From Spirochaetia bacterium (lineage in GTDB: Bacteria > Spirochaetota > Spirochaetia > SZUA-6 > Bin103), in the NCBI GenBank assembly GCA_965208575.1, contig CBDBOV010000006.1:992001-1056000 (forward strand): a stretch of 64,000 bases of DNA, read 5' to 3'. Below, piece after piece: positions 10,304 to 19,627 of the stretch (positions within the stretch are counted from its first letter, which is position 1; each line of letters opens with the position of its first letter). The position numbers were made by a program, and so were the translations under genes. The notes under the pieces were generated by a model, which worked only from the letters and a program-made list of their open reading frames with translations, made no database searches and was not told the origin of the DNA.

Positions 10304-10315
10304 TCGGGGTACAGA

Positions 10316-10463
10316 GAACTTCGGGGCATGGTGTAATTCCAGACCGGTGGTGATGGGCGCCCCTGTGGCGCGCGCAGCCCACTACTCCCGTTCGCCTCCC
10401 GCGGGCGGGACTGAACCGGTGCAATTCCGGTGCCGACGGTAACAGTCCGGATGGGAGAAGTTC
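10316..10463 (+). ncRNA. FMN riboswitch (RFN element)
   Basis: gaacttcGGGGCatGGTGtAATTCCagACCGGtGGT..AGCCC..CCGGTGcAATTCCGGtGCCGACGGT..AGTCCGGATGGGAGAAGttc; P1 gaacttc/gaagttc; upstream of ribD. Confidence 0.95.
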
Positions 10464-10614
10464 CGACCGACTTTCCTCGTGCGCACAGGCGCTGATGGTG
10501 CGCCCGGATGCCGGTCCGCGGCATCGGGCAGCCGGCGGCATGGTGCGCCGATGCGGCCCCACGCGGCGGTGGTGCGCACGCGCGCTCCGCCGGTGCAGGA
10601 GTTCTCGAAGCGTG

Positions 10615-11811
10615 ATGAACGTGACGGGAACCAGCCATCACCCCATGCAGCGCGCGCTGCAACTCGCCGAGGGCGGTCGTGGGCGCACTTCGCCCAACCC
10701 GATGACCGGGTGTGTCGTGGTAAAGGGCGGACGCGTGATCGGCGAGGGGTTCCACGAACGCCACGGCGCCCGCCATGCCGAGGCCGCGGCCATCGAGTCC
10801 TGCCGCGAGAACGGCGAGTCTCCGCGCGATGCACACCTGTACTGCAACCTGGAGCCGTGTGCCACGGCCTATCGCGGCAAGCTCACCCCGCCCTGCGCCG
10901 CGGCCATCGTCCGCGCCGGCATCGCCCGCGTGACCGTCGCCACCCTCGATCCCAACCCGCACGTCAGCGGCGCCGGCATACGGCTGCTGCGCGAGGCGGG
11001 CATCGCGGTAACCGTCGGCGTGGAAGCCGAAGCCGCGCTGCTGTTGAACGTGCCGTTCTTCACCGCCGCGCACTACGCACGGCCCTACGTTCACCTGAAG
11101 ATCGCCCAGTCCCTCGACGGGCGCATCGCCGCCCGCGGCGGCGACTCGCGCTGGATCACCGACGCCGCCGCGCGGCGCATCGTGCACCGGATGCGCGCCG
11201 AGCACGATGCCGTCCTGGTGGGGCGCGCCACCGCGCTGCACGACGACCCGCGGCTCACCGCGCGCGACGTCGAAGCCGGCGCCCGGCCGGCGGCGACGCC
11301 GTGGCGCGTGGTGCTCGACAGCCGCCTCGCGCTTCCCGCCGCGGCGCGGCTGGCCAGCGACGAGCACGCGGCGCGCACCATCGTGCTGACCACCGAGCAG
11401 GCCGACCCGGCGCGCCGCCGCGAATTCGCCGCCGGCGGCGTGCAGGTACTGGTGGTGGTGGCCGGTGCCGGCGGGCGGCCGGACATCGACGCCGTCCTGC
11501 AGGCGCTGCATGCACGAGGCATCCGCTCGCTGCTCGTGGAGGGAGGCGGCGCGGTATACACCTCGTTTCTGCGCGCCGGACGCTTCGACCGGCTGTCCGT
11601 GTTCGTGGCGCCGCTGCTGATCGGGGAAGGGGTCGCCGCGGTGGGCGACCTCGGCACCCGTCGCATCGCCGGCGCCGCGCGCCTGCAGGGGGTCACCACG
11701 ACCGTGGTCAACGACCAGGTGATGGTGTCGGGGTACCGCGATCTGGGCACGCTGCGGCAGGCGGTGCTGCCCGAGGGCGAGGCGCAGCCGGCCGTCGCCC
11801 GGGCAGGGTGA
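10615..11811 (+). CDS. ribD: Bifunctional diaminohydroxyphosphoribosylaminopyrimidine deaminase/reductase
   Basis: TSPNP, HAE, NLEPC..TPPC, AQSLDG..SRWIT, VEGGG. Confidence 0.95.
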   Translation: MNVTGTSHHPMQRALQLAEGGRGRTSPNPMTGCVVVKGGRVIGEGFHERHGARHAEAAAIESCRENGESPRDAHLYCNLEPCATAYRGKLTPPCAAAIVRAGIARVTVATLDPNPHVSGAGIRLLREAGIAVTVGVEAEAALLLNVPFFTAAHYARPYVHLKIAQSLDGRIAARGGDSRWITDAAARRIVHRMRAEHDAVLVGRATALHDDPRLTARDVEAGARPAATPWRVVLDSRLALPAAARLASDEHAARTIVLTTEQADPARRREFAAGGVQVLVVVAGAGGRPDIDAVLQALHARGIRSLLVEGGGAVYTSFLRAGRFDRLSVFVAPLLIGEGVAAVGDLGTRRIAGAARLQGVTTTVVNDQVMVSGYRDLGTLRQAVLPEGEAQPAVARAG

Positions 11812-11819
11812 CAGGTACG

Positions 11820-13136
11820 ATGTTTTCGGGAATCGTCGAGGAAGTCGGCACCATCCGGGAGCGCACGGACGCGGACGGCGGGGTGCGGCTGTCGATCGGC
11901 TGCGCCCTGGTGCTCGACGACCTGGCCCCCGGCGCGTCGGTGGCCGTCGATGGCGTGTGCCAGACGGTGGTGAGCCACGACAGCGGCGGGTTCGTGGTGC
12001 ACGCCGGCGGCGCCACCCTGGACAAGACCACCCTCGGCGCGTTGCGGGTGGGCGACCGGGTCAACCTGGAGCGGGCGCTGGCGGTGGGCAGCCGCCTGAA
12101 CGGGCACTTCGTCCAGGGCCACGTGAACGCCACCGGCATCGTGCACGCGTGGCAACGCTTCGGCGGCACACCGGACACCGAGGCGGAGCGTGCTGCGAAC
12201 GCCGCGCCCGCGGCCGGCAGCGACGACGCGACCGGTACGTGGCGCTTCGAGATCGACATACCCGATCACCTGCGCCGCTACGTGGCCGCGGAGGGTTCGC
12301 TGGCCGTGAACGGCGTCAGCCTCACCGTCGCCGGGCTGGCCGGCAGCCGCGTCGCGTTCTCCATCATTCCCTATACCGCACACCACACCGCCCTGCGCGA
12401 CCGCACGCCGGGCGCGCCCGTCAACCTGGAGGTGGACATGATCGCCAAGTACCTGGAATCGCTGCACATGCACGGACCGCCCGCGGCCGGCGCCGGAGCG
12501 CCCGCGCCGGCGGCCCACCCCGCCCCGGTCACCTGCCCAGTGGCGGCGGCCGCGGAAGAGCTGGCCGCCGGCGGCATGATCATCGTCACCGACCACGCGG
12601 CGCGCGAAAACGAGGGCGACCTGGTGATCGCCGCCGAGCACGCCACCCCGGCGGCGGTAAACTTCATGGTGACCCACGCCCGCGGCATGGTGTGCGTGCC
12701 GCTGACCGCGGAGCGCGCGGCGGCGCTCGAGCTGCCCCTGATGGCGGCGGCCAACAGCGCCCTGCACGGCACCGCGTTCACGGTCTCGGTCGACTACCGG
12801 CATGGCACCACCACCGGCGTCTCGGCGGCCGACCGCGCCGCCACCGCCGTCGCGCTCGCCGATCCGGATGCGGGCGCCGGCGACTTCGCCCGGCCCGGCC
12901 ACCTGTTTCCGATCATCGCCGACCCCGGCGGCGTGCGTGCGCGGCCCGGCCACACCGAGGCCGCCGTCGAGCTGATGCGGCTGGCCGGCTGCCGGCCGGT
13001 GGCGGTGATCTGCGAGATCATGGCCGCCGACGGCAGCATGGCCGGCGATGCGGAATTGATGGAACTGGCGCGCACCCACGGCTTGCCGGTGGTGAGCGTC
13101 GAGCAGGTAGCGGAGGCAGCAGGCTCATGCAATTGA
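11820..13136 (+). CDS. ribE: Fusion of riboflavin synthase (RibE/RibC) and DHBP synthase (RibB)
   Basis: MFSGIVEE..GVCQT..VNLER..GHFVQGH..VNLEVDMIAKY, Ala/Pro linker, then RENEGD, TGVSAADR, PGHLFP, GHTEA, VICEI in one frame. Confidence 0.9.
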   Translation: MFSGIVEEVGTIRERTDADGGVRLSIGCALVLDDLAPGASVAVDGVCQTVVSHDSGGFVVHAGGATLDKTTLGALRVGDRVNLERALAVGSRLNGHFVQGHVNATGIVHAWQRFGGTPDTEAERAANAAPAAGSDDATGTWRFEIDIPDHLRRYVAAEGSLAVNGVSLTVAGLAGSRVAFSIIPYTAHHTALRDRTPGAPVNLEVDMIAKYLESLHMHGPPAAGAGAPAPAAHPAPVTCPVAAAAEELAAGGMIIVTDHAARENEGDLVIAAEHATPAAVNFMVTHARGMVCVPLTAERAAALELPLMAAANSALHGTAFTVSVDYRHGTTTGVSAADRAATAVALADPDAGAGDFARPGHLFPIIADPGGVRARPGHTEAAVELMRLAGCRPVAVICEIMAADGSMAGDAELMELARTHGLPVVSVEQVAEAAGSCN

Positions 13137-13213
13137 TCGAAGAAGCACATGCACTGATCGCGAACACGAGACTCATCGAGAAGGCACGGACACTGATCGG
13201 AGAAAGCACGTGA
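13127..13213 (+). CDS. 28-aa micro-ORF built of degenerate copies of the ribH start ([28 protein letters not shown])
   Basis: Overlaps ribE-ribB stop and ribH GTG (GTGA); about 21-nt xLIE-type repeats. Confidence 0.35.
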   Translation: MQLIEEAHALIANTRLIEKARTLIGEST

Positions 13214-13713
13214 GACTAATCGAGGGAAACTACGAGGGCGCCGGGCGCCGCTTCGCGCTGGTGGCCAGCCGCTTCAACGAGTTGATCACCAGCCGGCTGG
13301 TGGAGGGTGCGGGCGACTGCCTGCGCCGCCACGGCGTCGCCGACGGCGACATTACCGTGGTGTGGGTGCCGGGGGCGTTCGAGATTCCGCTCGCCGCCCG
13401 GCGGATCGCCGAGCAGGGCGGCTGCGACGCGGTCGTGTGCCTGGGGGCGGTGATCGAGGGGGCCACCGACCATCACGAGTATGTGGCCGGCAACGCCGCC
13501 GCCGGCATCGCGCGCGAGTCGGCGGCCGCGGACGTGCCGATGACCTTCGGCATCATCACGGCCGGGAGCATCGAGCAGGCGATCGAGCGCGCCGGCACCA
13601 AGCAGGGTAACCTGGGCTGGAACGCCGCCCTGTCGGCGCTGGAAATGACCAATGTGCTGCGCCGCATCGACGAGTTGTCCTCGCAAGACGGCGCAGCCCA
13701 GGAGCAAGCATGA
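13210..13713 (+). CDS. ribH: 6,7-dimethyl-8-ribityllumazine synthase
   Basis: [33 protein letters not shown]. Confidence 0.96.
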   Translation: MRLIEGNYEGAGRRFALVASRFNELITSRLVEGAGDCLRRHGVADGDITVVWVPGAFEIPLAARRIAEQGGCDAVVCLGAVIEGATDHHEYVAGNAAAGIARESAAADVPMTFGIITAGSIEQAIERAGTKQGNLGWNAALSALEMTNVLRRIDELSSQDGAAQEQA

Positions 13714-14597
13714 CCATCCCCACCATCCCGTTCGGCAGCACCGGGCACCTGAGCACGCGCTGCATCTTCGGCGGCACCGCCCTGTCGCGGGCGTCGCAGG
13801 AGGAGGCCGACCGCACCCTGGAGGTGCTGCTGCAATACGGCATCAACCACATCGACACCGCGGCCGGCTACGGCGACTCCGAGCTGCGCATTGCCCCCTG
13901 GATGCGCCGCCACCGCGAGCGCTTCTTCCTGGCCACCAAGACCGGCGAGCGCAGCGCCGACGCGGCGCGCGCCCAGTTGGAACGCTCGCTGCGGCGCCTG
14001 CAGGTGGATCACGTCGACCTGATCCAGTTGCACAGCCTCACCGAGCCGGACGAGTGGCGGCAGGCGCTCGGCAGCGGCGGCGCCCTGGAGGCGTTGATCC
14101 GCGCCCGCGAAGAGGGCCTGGCGCGCAATATCGGGATTACCGGCCATGGCGTGACGGTGGCGCGCTCGCACCTTGACGCGCTCGGGCGCCACCCGTTCGA
14201 CGCGGTCCTGCTGCCGCTCAACTACCCGATGTACCGGATCCCGGAGTATGCCGCCGACTTCGAGGAGCTGCGCGCAGAGTGCCGGCGGCGCGGGGTGGCG
14301 GTGCAGACCATCAAGGCGATCGCCCGCCGCCGCTGGACCGGCAGCGCGCGCCCGCACGCCACCTGGTACGAGCCGCTGGCCGGCCAGCCGGACATCGACG
14401 CCTCGGTGCACTGGGTGCTGGCCCACGACGGCGTGTTCCTGAATACGGCGGGCGACATGAACCTGCTGCCGCGCATCCTCGACGCCGCCGCGCGCGCTCC
14501 GGCCGCCGGCGCCGACAACCACGATACCGCGGCCGGCGAGGCGGCGGCACGCCGGCAGATGCAGCCTCTGTTCACCGCCGCCCGGAACGTGATCTGA
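13710..14597 (+). CDS. Aldo/keto reductase
   Basis: [34 protein letters not shown]. Confidence 0.9.
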   Translation: MTIPTIPFGSTGHLSTRCIFGGTALSRASQEEADRTLEVLLQYGINHIDTAAGYGDSELRIAPWMRRHRERFFLATKTGERSADAARAQLERSLRRLQVDHVDLIQLHSLTEPDEWRQALGSGGALEALIRAREEGLARNIGITGHGVTVARSHLDALGRHPFDAVLLPLNYPMYRIPEYAADFEELRAECRRRGVAVQTIKAIARRRWTGSARPHATWYEPLAGQPDIDASVHWVLAHDGVFLNTAGDMNLLPRILDAAARAPAAGADNHDTAAGEAAARRQMQPLFTAARNVI

Positions 14598-14643
14598 CGG
14601 CGGCCAAAAGCGGCACGGTCCCCGGACCCATTGTCTGTTGACG

Positions 14644-15111
14644 ATGGGTAACGAACACAACTCTCACGGCAGGAGCGACGGCTCCCTGGTGTCGGCAATC
14701 GAGTACCTCGGCGAACGCCTGATTGCGCTCTCTTGCGACCTCGTGTGGGACTTCACGCCTCCCTTTGTCGGCCTGCGCTGGATCCGCTGGCGGGTGGCAC
14801 GGCTCGACAAGGAGGCCGAGGCCCTGCGCAGGGTTGCGGCGATCCACCGGTCGGCCGAGGACGAACGGAGCTCGCTCAGCAGACGGATCGCGGCCCGGAG
14901 CCGGGAACTCGAAGCGGAGTACGAAAATGTCGACATGCGCCTCGCGGACCTCGAAGAGCGCAACCGGGAAGGTTCCCCCGAGCAGAGGAAGATCCTGATA
15001 CTGATTGCGTACCTGCTGTTCGGCTGGGGGAGCACGAACCTGGGATTGATTGCCGAGGTGATCGAGGTGCAGCAAGCCTTCAGCCTGGCCGTCTCGGGAC
15101 AGCCGCGCTGA
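14644..15111 (+). CDS. Hypothetical coiled-coil protein with hydrophobic C-terminal segment
   Basis: Open frame filling the gap between akr and mntR-like gene; helical charged composition; no family recognised. Confidence 0.5.
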   Translation: MGNEHNSHGRSDGSLVSAIEYLGERLIALSCDLVWDFTPPFVGLRWIRWRVARLDKEAEALRRVAAIHRSAEDERSSLSRRIAARSRELEAEYENVDMRLADLEERNREGSPEQRKILILIAYLLFGWGSTNLGLIAEVIEVQQAFSLAVSGQPR

Positions 15112-15203
15112 ACCCCGCGCCGAGCGCGCGCCAAGTTCCGCGCCGGCCCGTGCCACTTGACAGTGCGGCGGGAGCGCATGATCCTGCGCGAACGGAGTTT
15201 ACC

Positions 15204-15923
15204 ATCACGCCAACCTCGGTATCCGCGCACAGCAGTACGGTCGAGAACTACATCAAGCGGATCTACCTGGAAGCGCAGAAGGACACCCGCGAGCGGGTGC
15301 CGATGAAGCGCCTCGCGGAAGGCATGGGAGTCTCGCCCGGTACCGCCACGGCGATGGTCAAGACGCTCGCACGGTCGGGCCTGATCGACTACGCGCCGCG
15401 CGACGGCAGCCGGCTCACCGCGGAGGGCGAGCAGCTCGCCCTCAACGTGCTGCGCCGGCACCGCCTGATTGAGGCGTTCCTGGTGGAGGTGCTCAAGCTC
15501 GACTGGTCGGAGGTGCACGGCGAGGCGGAACTGCTGGAGCACGCGATCAGCGACAAGGTGCTGGAGAAGATCGACGAGTTGATTGGCCGGCCGCGTGTCG
15601 ATCCGCACGGCGACCCGATCCCCACCAACCGCGGCGAGATCGACGACACGCGCTTCGAGACGCTGGCGCAACGCGCCACCGGCGATCGCCTGCGCATCGT
15701 GCGGGTGGTCGACCAGGATGCCGGCTTCCTGCGCTTTGCCGAGCGCCACGGGCTGGTGCCGGGCGCCGAGCTGGCGGTGGACCGGCAAGACGCCGAGGCC
15801 GATGCCGTCACCATCACCGCCGCCACCGGGGCCGCCGTCACCCTGGGAGCGAGCGCCGCGGCCAAGATCCTGGTGGCGGCCGTGCCGCCCGCCGACGATT
15901 CGGGCGACGGCGCCGATGGCTGA
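15204..15923 (+). CDS. DtxR/MntR-family metal-dependent regulator with FeoA-like C-terminus (start uncertain, possibly ATC)
   Basis: STVENYIKRIY, HTH, RRHRLIE.FL, EAE.LEHAIS, DPHGDPIP. Confidence 0.9.
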   Translation: MTPTSVSAHSSTVENYIKRIYLEAQKDTRERVPMKRLAEGMGVSPGTATAMVKTLARSGLIDYAPRDGSRLTAEGEQLALNVLRRHRLIEAFLVEVLKLDWSEVHGEAELLEHAISDKVLEKIDELIGRPRVDPHGDPIPTNRGEIDDTRFETLAQRATGDRLRIVRVVDQDAGFLRFAERHGLVPGAELAVDRQDAEADAVTITAATGAAVTLGASAAAKILVAAVPPADDSGDGADG

Positions 15924-17685
15924 GGGTCCGGAACCGGACCGCGCGGCCGCGCTGCGGCTGGCCATGCTGCGCCACCGGTACGGCGACCGGCTCAGCGCCG
16001 AGCAGTGGGACGAGGTGAACCGGAAGCTGCGCTCCGAGGTGGTGGAGGTGTCGCTGACGCTCGCCGAGGTGGCGCTCGACCACACCCACGAGCCGCGGCC
16101 CCTGTTCACCCCATATCGCAACGACGAGCGCCCGGAACCTGGCGCGGGCGGCACCGCTCTCGGCGCCACCGGCCTGCCGCCGGAGCCGATCGCGGAACGG
16201 CGGGCTCCGAAAGGTGCGGGTGCGCGGGAAGAGGTGGTGTTTCGCCCGCTGCGGGAACTGGGCGAGCTGGTGCGCACGCGGCAGGTATCGCCGGTGGAAC
16301 TGACGGAGACATTCCTGGACCGCCTGCAGGCCATCGGCCCGCGCTACAACGCCGTGGTCACGCTGACGCCCGACCTGGCCTGCGCGCAGGCGCGGCGCGC
16401 CGAGCGGGAACTGGCCGCCGGCCACTGGCGCGGGCCGCTGCACGGCATCCCGTACGGAATCAAGGACCTGTTCGCCACCGCCGGCATTCCCACCTCGTGG
16501 GGCGCCGCGCCGTTTCGCCGCCAGGTGTTCGACTACGACGCGACCGTGGTGCGCCGGCTGCGGCAGGCGGGCGCGGTGCTGGCCGCCAAGCTGGCGATGG
16601 TGGAGATGGCCGGCGGCCTGGGCTACCGGCAGCCGGATGCCAGCTTCACCGGCCCCGGCATCAACCCGTGGGGCGGCACTACCTGGTCCGGCGGTTCCTC
16701 CAGCGGATCCGGCTCCGCCGTGGCGGCCGGCCTGGTACCGTTCGCGATCGGCACCGAGACCAACGGGTCGATCATCAGCCCGGCGGCCAACTGCGGCGTC
16801 GCCGGCCTGCGGCCGAGCTACGGGCGGGTGAGCCGCCACGGCGGCATGCCGCTGGCCTGGACCCTGGACAAGCCGGGCCCGCTCGCCCTGACCGCCGACG
16901 ACTGTGGCCTGGTGCTGAACGCCATCGCCGGCTTCGACCCCGACGACCCCACCACCGCGACCCGCGTGTACTCTCCTGGCGAGCCAAGCGATGCCACCGG
17001 CCGGCACCGCGGCGCCCGGCACGGCGCCGGCGCCGCCTTTGGGGAAGGCCGCCGCTTCCGACTGGCGTTGCCGGAGGGGGCCACCGACGACACCGAACCG
17101 GCGGTGCGCGACAACTTCGCCGCCGCCATCGCCGTGTTGGGGGAGGTCGCGGACATCGAGCCGGTAGTGCTGCCCGACCATCCGTATGAAGCAGTGATCT
17201 CCGCCATCCTGCTGAGCGAGTCGGCGTCGATCTTCGCCGAGCTGGCGCACAGCGGTCGGACGGCGGAGATGACCGCGCCGGAAGACCGCTACGGGATCTA
17301 TGCCCGCGGGACCACGCTGGCGGGCGACTACCTGCGCGCACAGCGCATCCGCAACCTGCTCGCGCGCGACCTGGACCGCCTCCTGGCCCCGTACGACGCG
17401 CTGGTGACGCCGTCGAGACCGGGCGTCGCCTCGCCGCTCGACAAACCCTTCGCCGGCGGCGGCAAGAAGCGCGCCGGGCGCCCGCGTTGCCCGATCAGCG
17501 CCGCCGGCAACCTGGCCGGCCTGCCGGCGATCAGCGTCCCCTCCGGCTTCACGAACGAAGGTCTCCCCACCGGCATCCAGTTCGTCGGCCGCGCCTACGA
17601 CGAGGCGGCCATCCTGGCCGTCGCCACCACCTACCAGTCCCTCACCCCCTGGCACCTCCGCCACCCCGCCGACTGTTGGTCCTGA
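15916..17685 (+). CDS. Amidase-signature enzyme (GatA/AtzE-like) with fused N-terminal GatC/AtzG-like helical module
   Basis: PLHGIPYGIKD, GGSSSGS, GTETNGSI, GLPAISVP; about 70-aa N-module ending EPRPLFTPYR. Confidence 0.85.
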   Translation: MAEGPEPDRAAALRLAMLRHRYGDRLSAEQWDEVNRKLRSEVVEVSLTLAEVALDHTHEPRPLFTPYRNDERPEPGAGGTALGATGLPPEPIAERRAPKGAGAREEVVFRPLRELGELVRTRQVSPVELTETFLDRLQAIGPRYNAVVTLTPDLACAQARRAERELAAGHWRGPLHGIPYGIKDLFATAGIPTSWGAAPFRRQVFDYDATVVRRLRQAGAVLAAKLAMVEMAGGLGYRQPDASFTGPGINPWGGTTWSGGSSSGSGSAVAAGLVPFAIGTETNGSIISPAANCGVAGLRPSYGRVSRHGGMPLAWTLDKPGPLALTADDCGLVLNAIAGFDPDDPTTATRVYSPGEPSDATGRHRGARHGAGAAFGEGRRFRLALPEGATDDTEPAVRDNFAAAIAVLGEVADIEPVVLPDHPYEAVISAILLSESASIFAELAHSGRTAEMTAPEDRYGIYARGTTLAGDYLRAQRIRNLLARDLDRLLAPYDALVTPSRPGVASPLDKPFAGGGKKRAGRPRCPISAAGNLAGLPAISVPSGFTNEGLPTGIQFVGRAYDEAAILAVATTYQSLTPWHLRHPADCWS

Positions 17686-17760
17686 TCGTGACAGCGAGTG
17701 ACAGAGACGATGTGCCTGTTCGCCGTGGCGACGCGTACGTATAATCGCGCGGGATAGCGT

Positions 17761-18864
17761 ATGCCAAAGTTGAAAGACGTCATCGTCAGGGGGTTCCGAT
17801 CCATCAGGGAGATGGAGCTTGAACTTGGACCGATCAACGTTTGCATTGGGGCAAACGGGGCGGGCAAGAGCAACCTCATCGAGTTCTTCAAGATGATCAA
17901 CGAACTCATGGGCGGTCGATTGCAGCAATACATCGCCACCACGGGACGCGCCGCGGCCAATCTCCACTTTGGCCCCAAGGTGACACCCCAGCTAGAAGCG
18001 GAGCTGAGGTTTGAAGCTGACCAAGGCACGGATGTGTACCAGGTGAGATTGTTCTATGCAGCCGGAGATGCTCTTATCTTCGCCGATGAGACCCTGTCGT
18101 TTCTCGGACTGGGGCACGACTCTCCTCGGCAGATATCCTTGGGAGCGGGACATCAAGAAGCTCTCGTACGGGACTATGTCGAAGACGATCCTCTGATCAA
18201 TGTTCTGAGGAATTTCCTGAACAGATGCCGGGTCTATCATTTTCACGATACCTCACCGACGGCTCGGATCCGTCAACACTGCTACATCGGAGACGACCGT
18301 TGGTTAATGCCGGACGCGGCCAACCTTGCCGCAGTTCTCTATCGACTAAAAAATGAGAAAGAACGCATCTATCGCCGGATTGTAAGAGACGTCGCACAGA
18401 TTGCACCGTTCTTCGAAGACTTTCAACTTGAGCCCTCGGGGCGTTCCGGAAACGACATCATTCTGAATTGGAGGCACCGCGGGTCTGATCTCCTTTTCGG
18501 CCCGCATCAGCTGTCGGACGGCACCTTGCGAGCTATCTGCTTGATTTCACTGCTCCAACAACCAACAGAGGACCTTCCATATCTGATCGTGGTCGATGAA
18601 CCGGAACTCGGCCTGCACCCTCAAGCACTCGAAATGATCGCCTCTTTGTTTCAGGCAGTGAGTGAGAACGTACAGGTCCTCATCAGTACGCAGTCCAGTA
18701 CGTTCGTCGATGCGTTCGAACTAGGTGACATCATTGTCGTCGAGCGGAAGGGTGAGGCGACGACGTTCGAACGACCTGACCCGCAAACCCTGGAGTCCTG
18801 GTTGGAAGACTACTCGCTAGGCGAGATCTGGGAAAAAAACGTCATCGGTGGCAGCCCGGGTTGA
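17761..18864 (+). CDS. ABC/AAA_21-type ATPase
   Basis: GFRSI, GANGAGKSN, LSDGTLR, VVDEPELGLHP, STQS; lower GC; TATAAT at 17740. Confidence 0.9.
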   Translation: MPKLKDVIVRGFRSIREMELELGPINVCIGANGAGKSNLIEFFKMINELMGGRLQQYIATTGRAAANLHFGPKVTPQLEAELRFEADQGTDVYQVRLFYAAGDALIFADETLSFLGLGHDSPRQISLGAGHQEALVRDYVEDDPLINVLRNFLNRCRVYHFHDTSPTARIRQHCYIGDDRWLMPDAANLAAVLYRLKNEKERIYRRIVRDVAQIAPFFEDFQLEPSGRSGNDIILNWRHRGSDLLFGPHQLSDGTLRAICLISLLQQPTEDLPYLIVVDEPELGLHPQALEMIASLFQAVSENVQVLISTQSSTFVDAFELGDIIVVERKGEATTFERPDPQTLESWLEDYSLGEIWEKNVIGGSPG

Positions 18865-19556
18865 TGGCGCGACTTCATCTGTTCGCTGAAGGTACAACCG
18901 AATTGGTATTCGCTCGCGATGTTCTGGGTCCGCACTTGGCAAGTCTCGGGGTCTATCTGCATAAGCCCGTGCTCGTTGCTCACGCCCGAAAGAAAGGGAG
19001 GGTCCATCGCGGTGGAGGACGTAGATTCCGACCGATGCAGAATGACATACAGCGGCGACTCAAGGAAGATCGAAGCGACGACGTATACTTTACAACCATG
19101 ATTGACCTCTATGCTCTTCATCACGACTTCCCCGGACGAGAACAAGCGGACCACCTCTTGAGCCGACCCTATGATCGTGTAACATCCCTGGAGAAGTCGT
19201 GGCAGAACGAGACCAACGATCATCGATTCCTTCCGTTTATCCAGTTGCACGAATTCGAATCCTATCTGTTTACTGACGTAGCTAAACTAACCGAGTTCTT
19301 CGACAATTCGAGCGGCGCAATTAGGGAACTGCAAAGTGTCACCGATGGTGCCAAGTCCCCGGAGTTGATCGACGATGGGCAACACTCGGCACCATCACAG
19401 AGGATCATTGCGCAATTCCCCACGTACAAGAACCTGAAGACGACAGTAGGGCCGCAGATGGCGAAGCTCATCGGGCTGCAGAAGATCCGCTCGGCGTGTC
19501 CGCACTTCGACAGGTGGCTCGGTCGCCTCGAACAGCTTGGGAGTGCGCCGGGCTGA
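18864..19556 (+). CDS. DUF4276 family (TOPRIM-like) protein
   Basis: EGTTE, TTMIDLY, FIQLHEFES, PELIDD..APS.RI, CPHFD.W. Confidence 0.88.
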   Translation: MARLHLFAEGTTELVFARDVLGPHLASLGVYLHKPVLVAHARKKGRVHRGGGRRFRPMQNDIQRRLKEDRSDDVYFTTMIDLYALHHDFPGREQADHLLSRPYDRVTSLEKSWQNETNDHRFLPFIQLHEFESYLFTDVAKLTEFFDNSSGAIRELQSVTDGAKSPELIDDGQHSAPSQRIIAQFPTYKNLKTTVGPQMAKLIGLQKIRSACPHFDRWLGRLEQLGSAPG

Positions 19557-19627
19557 ACATTGAGGCTCGACCATAGCGCTGGCGGGCGTGGCCGTCGGGA
19601 CGCGGTTCGCTTTAGGATGGCGGCGAC

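Noticed and set aside
10479-11819. N-terminal 447 aa of the 885-aa ORF, suggesting a giant fusion
   Set aside because: Out-of-frame overlap with ribD; riboflavin synthase begins at its conserved MFSG (11820)
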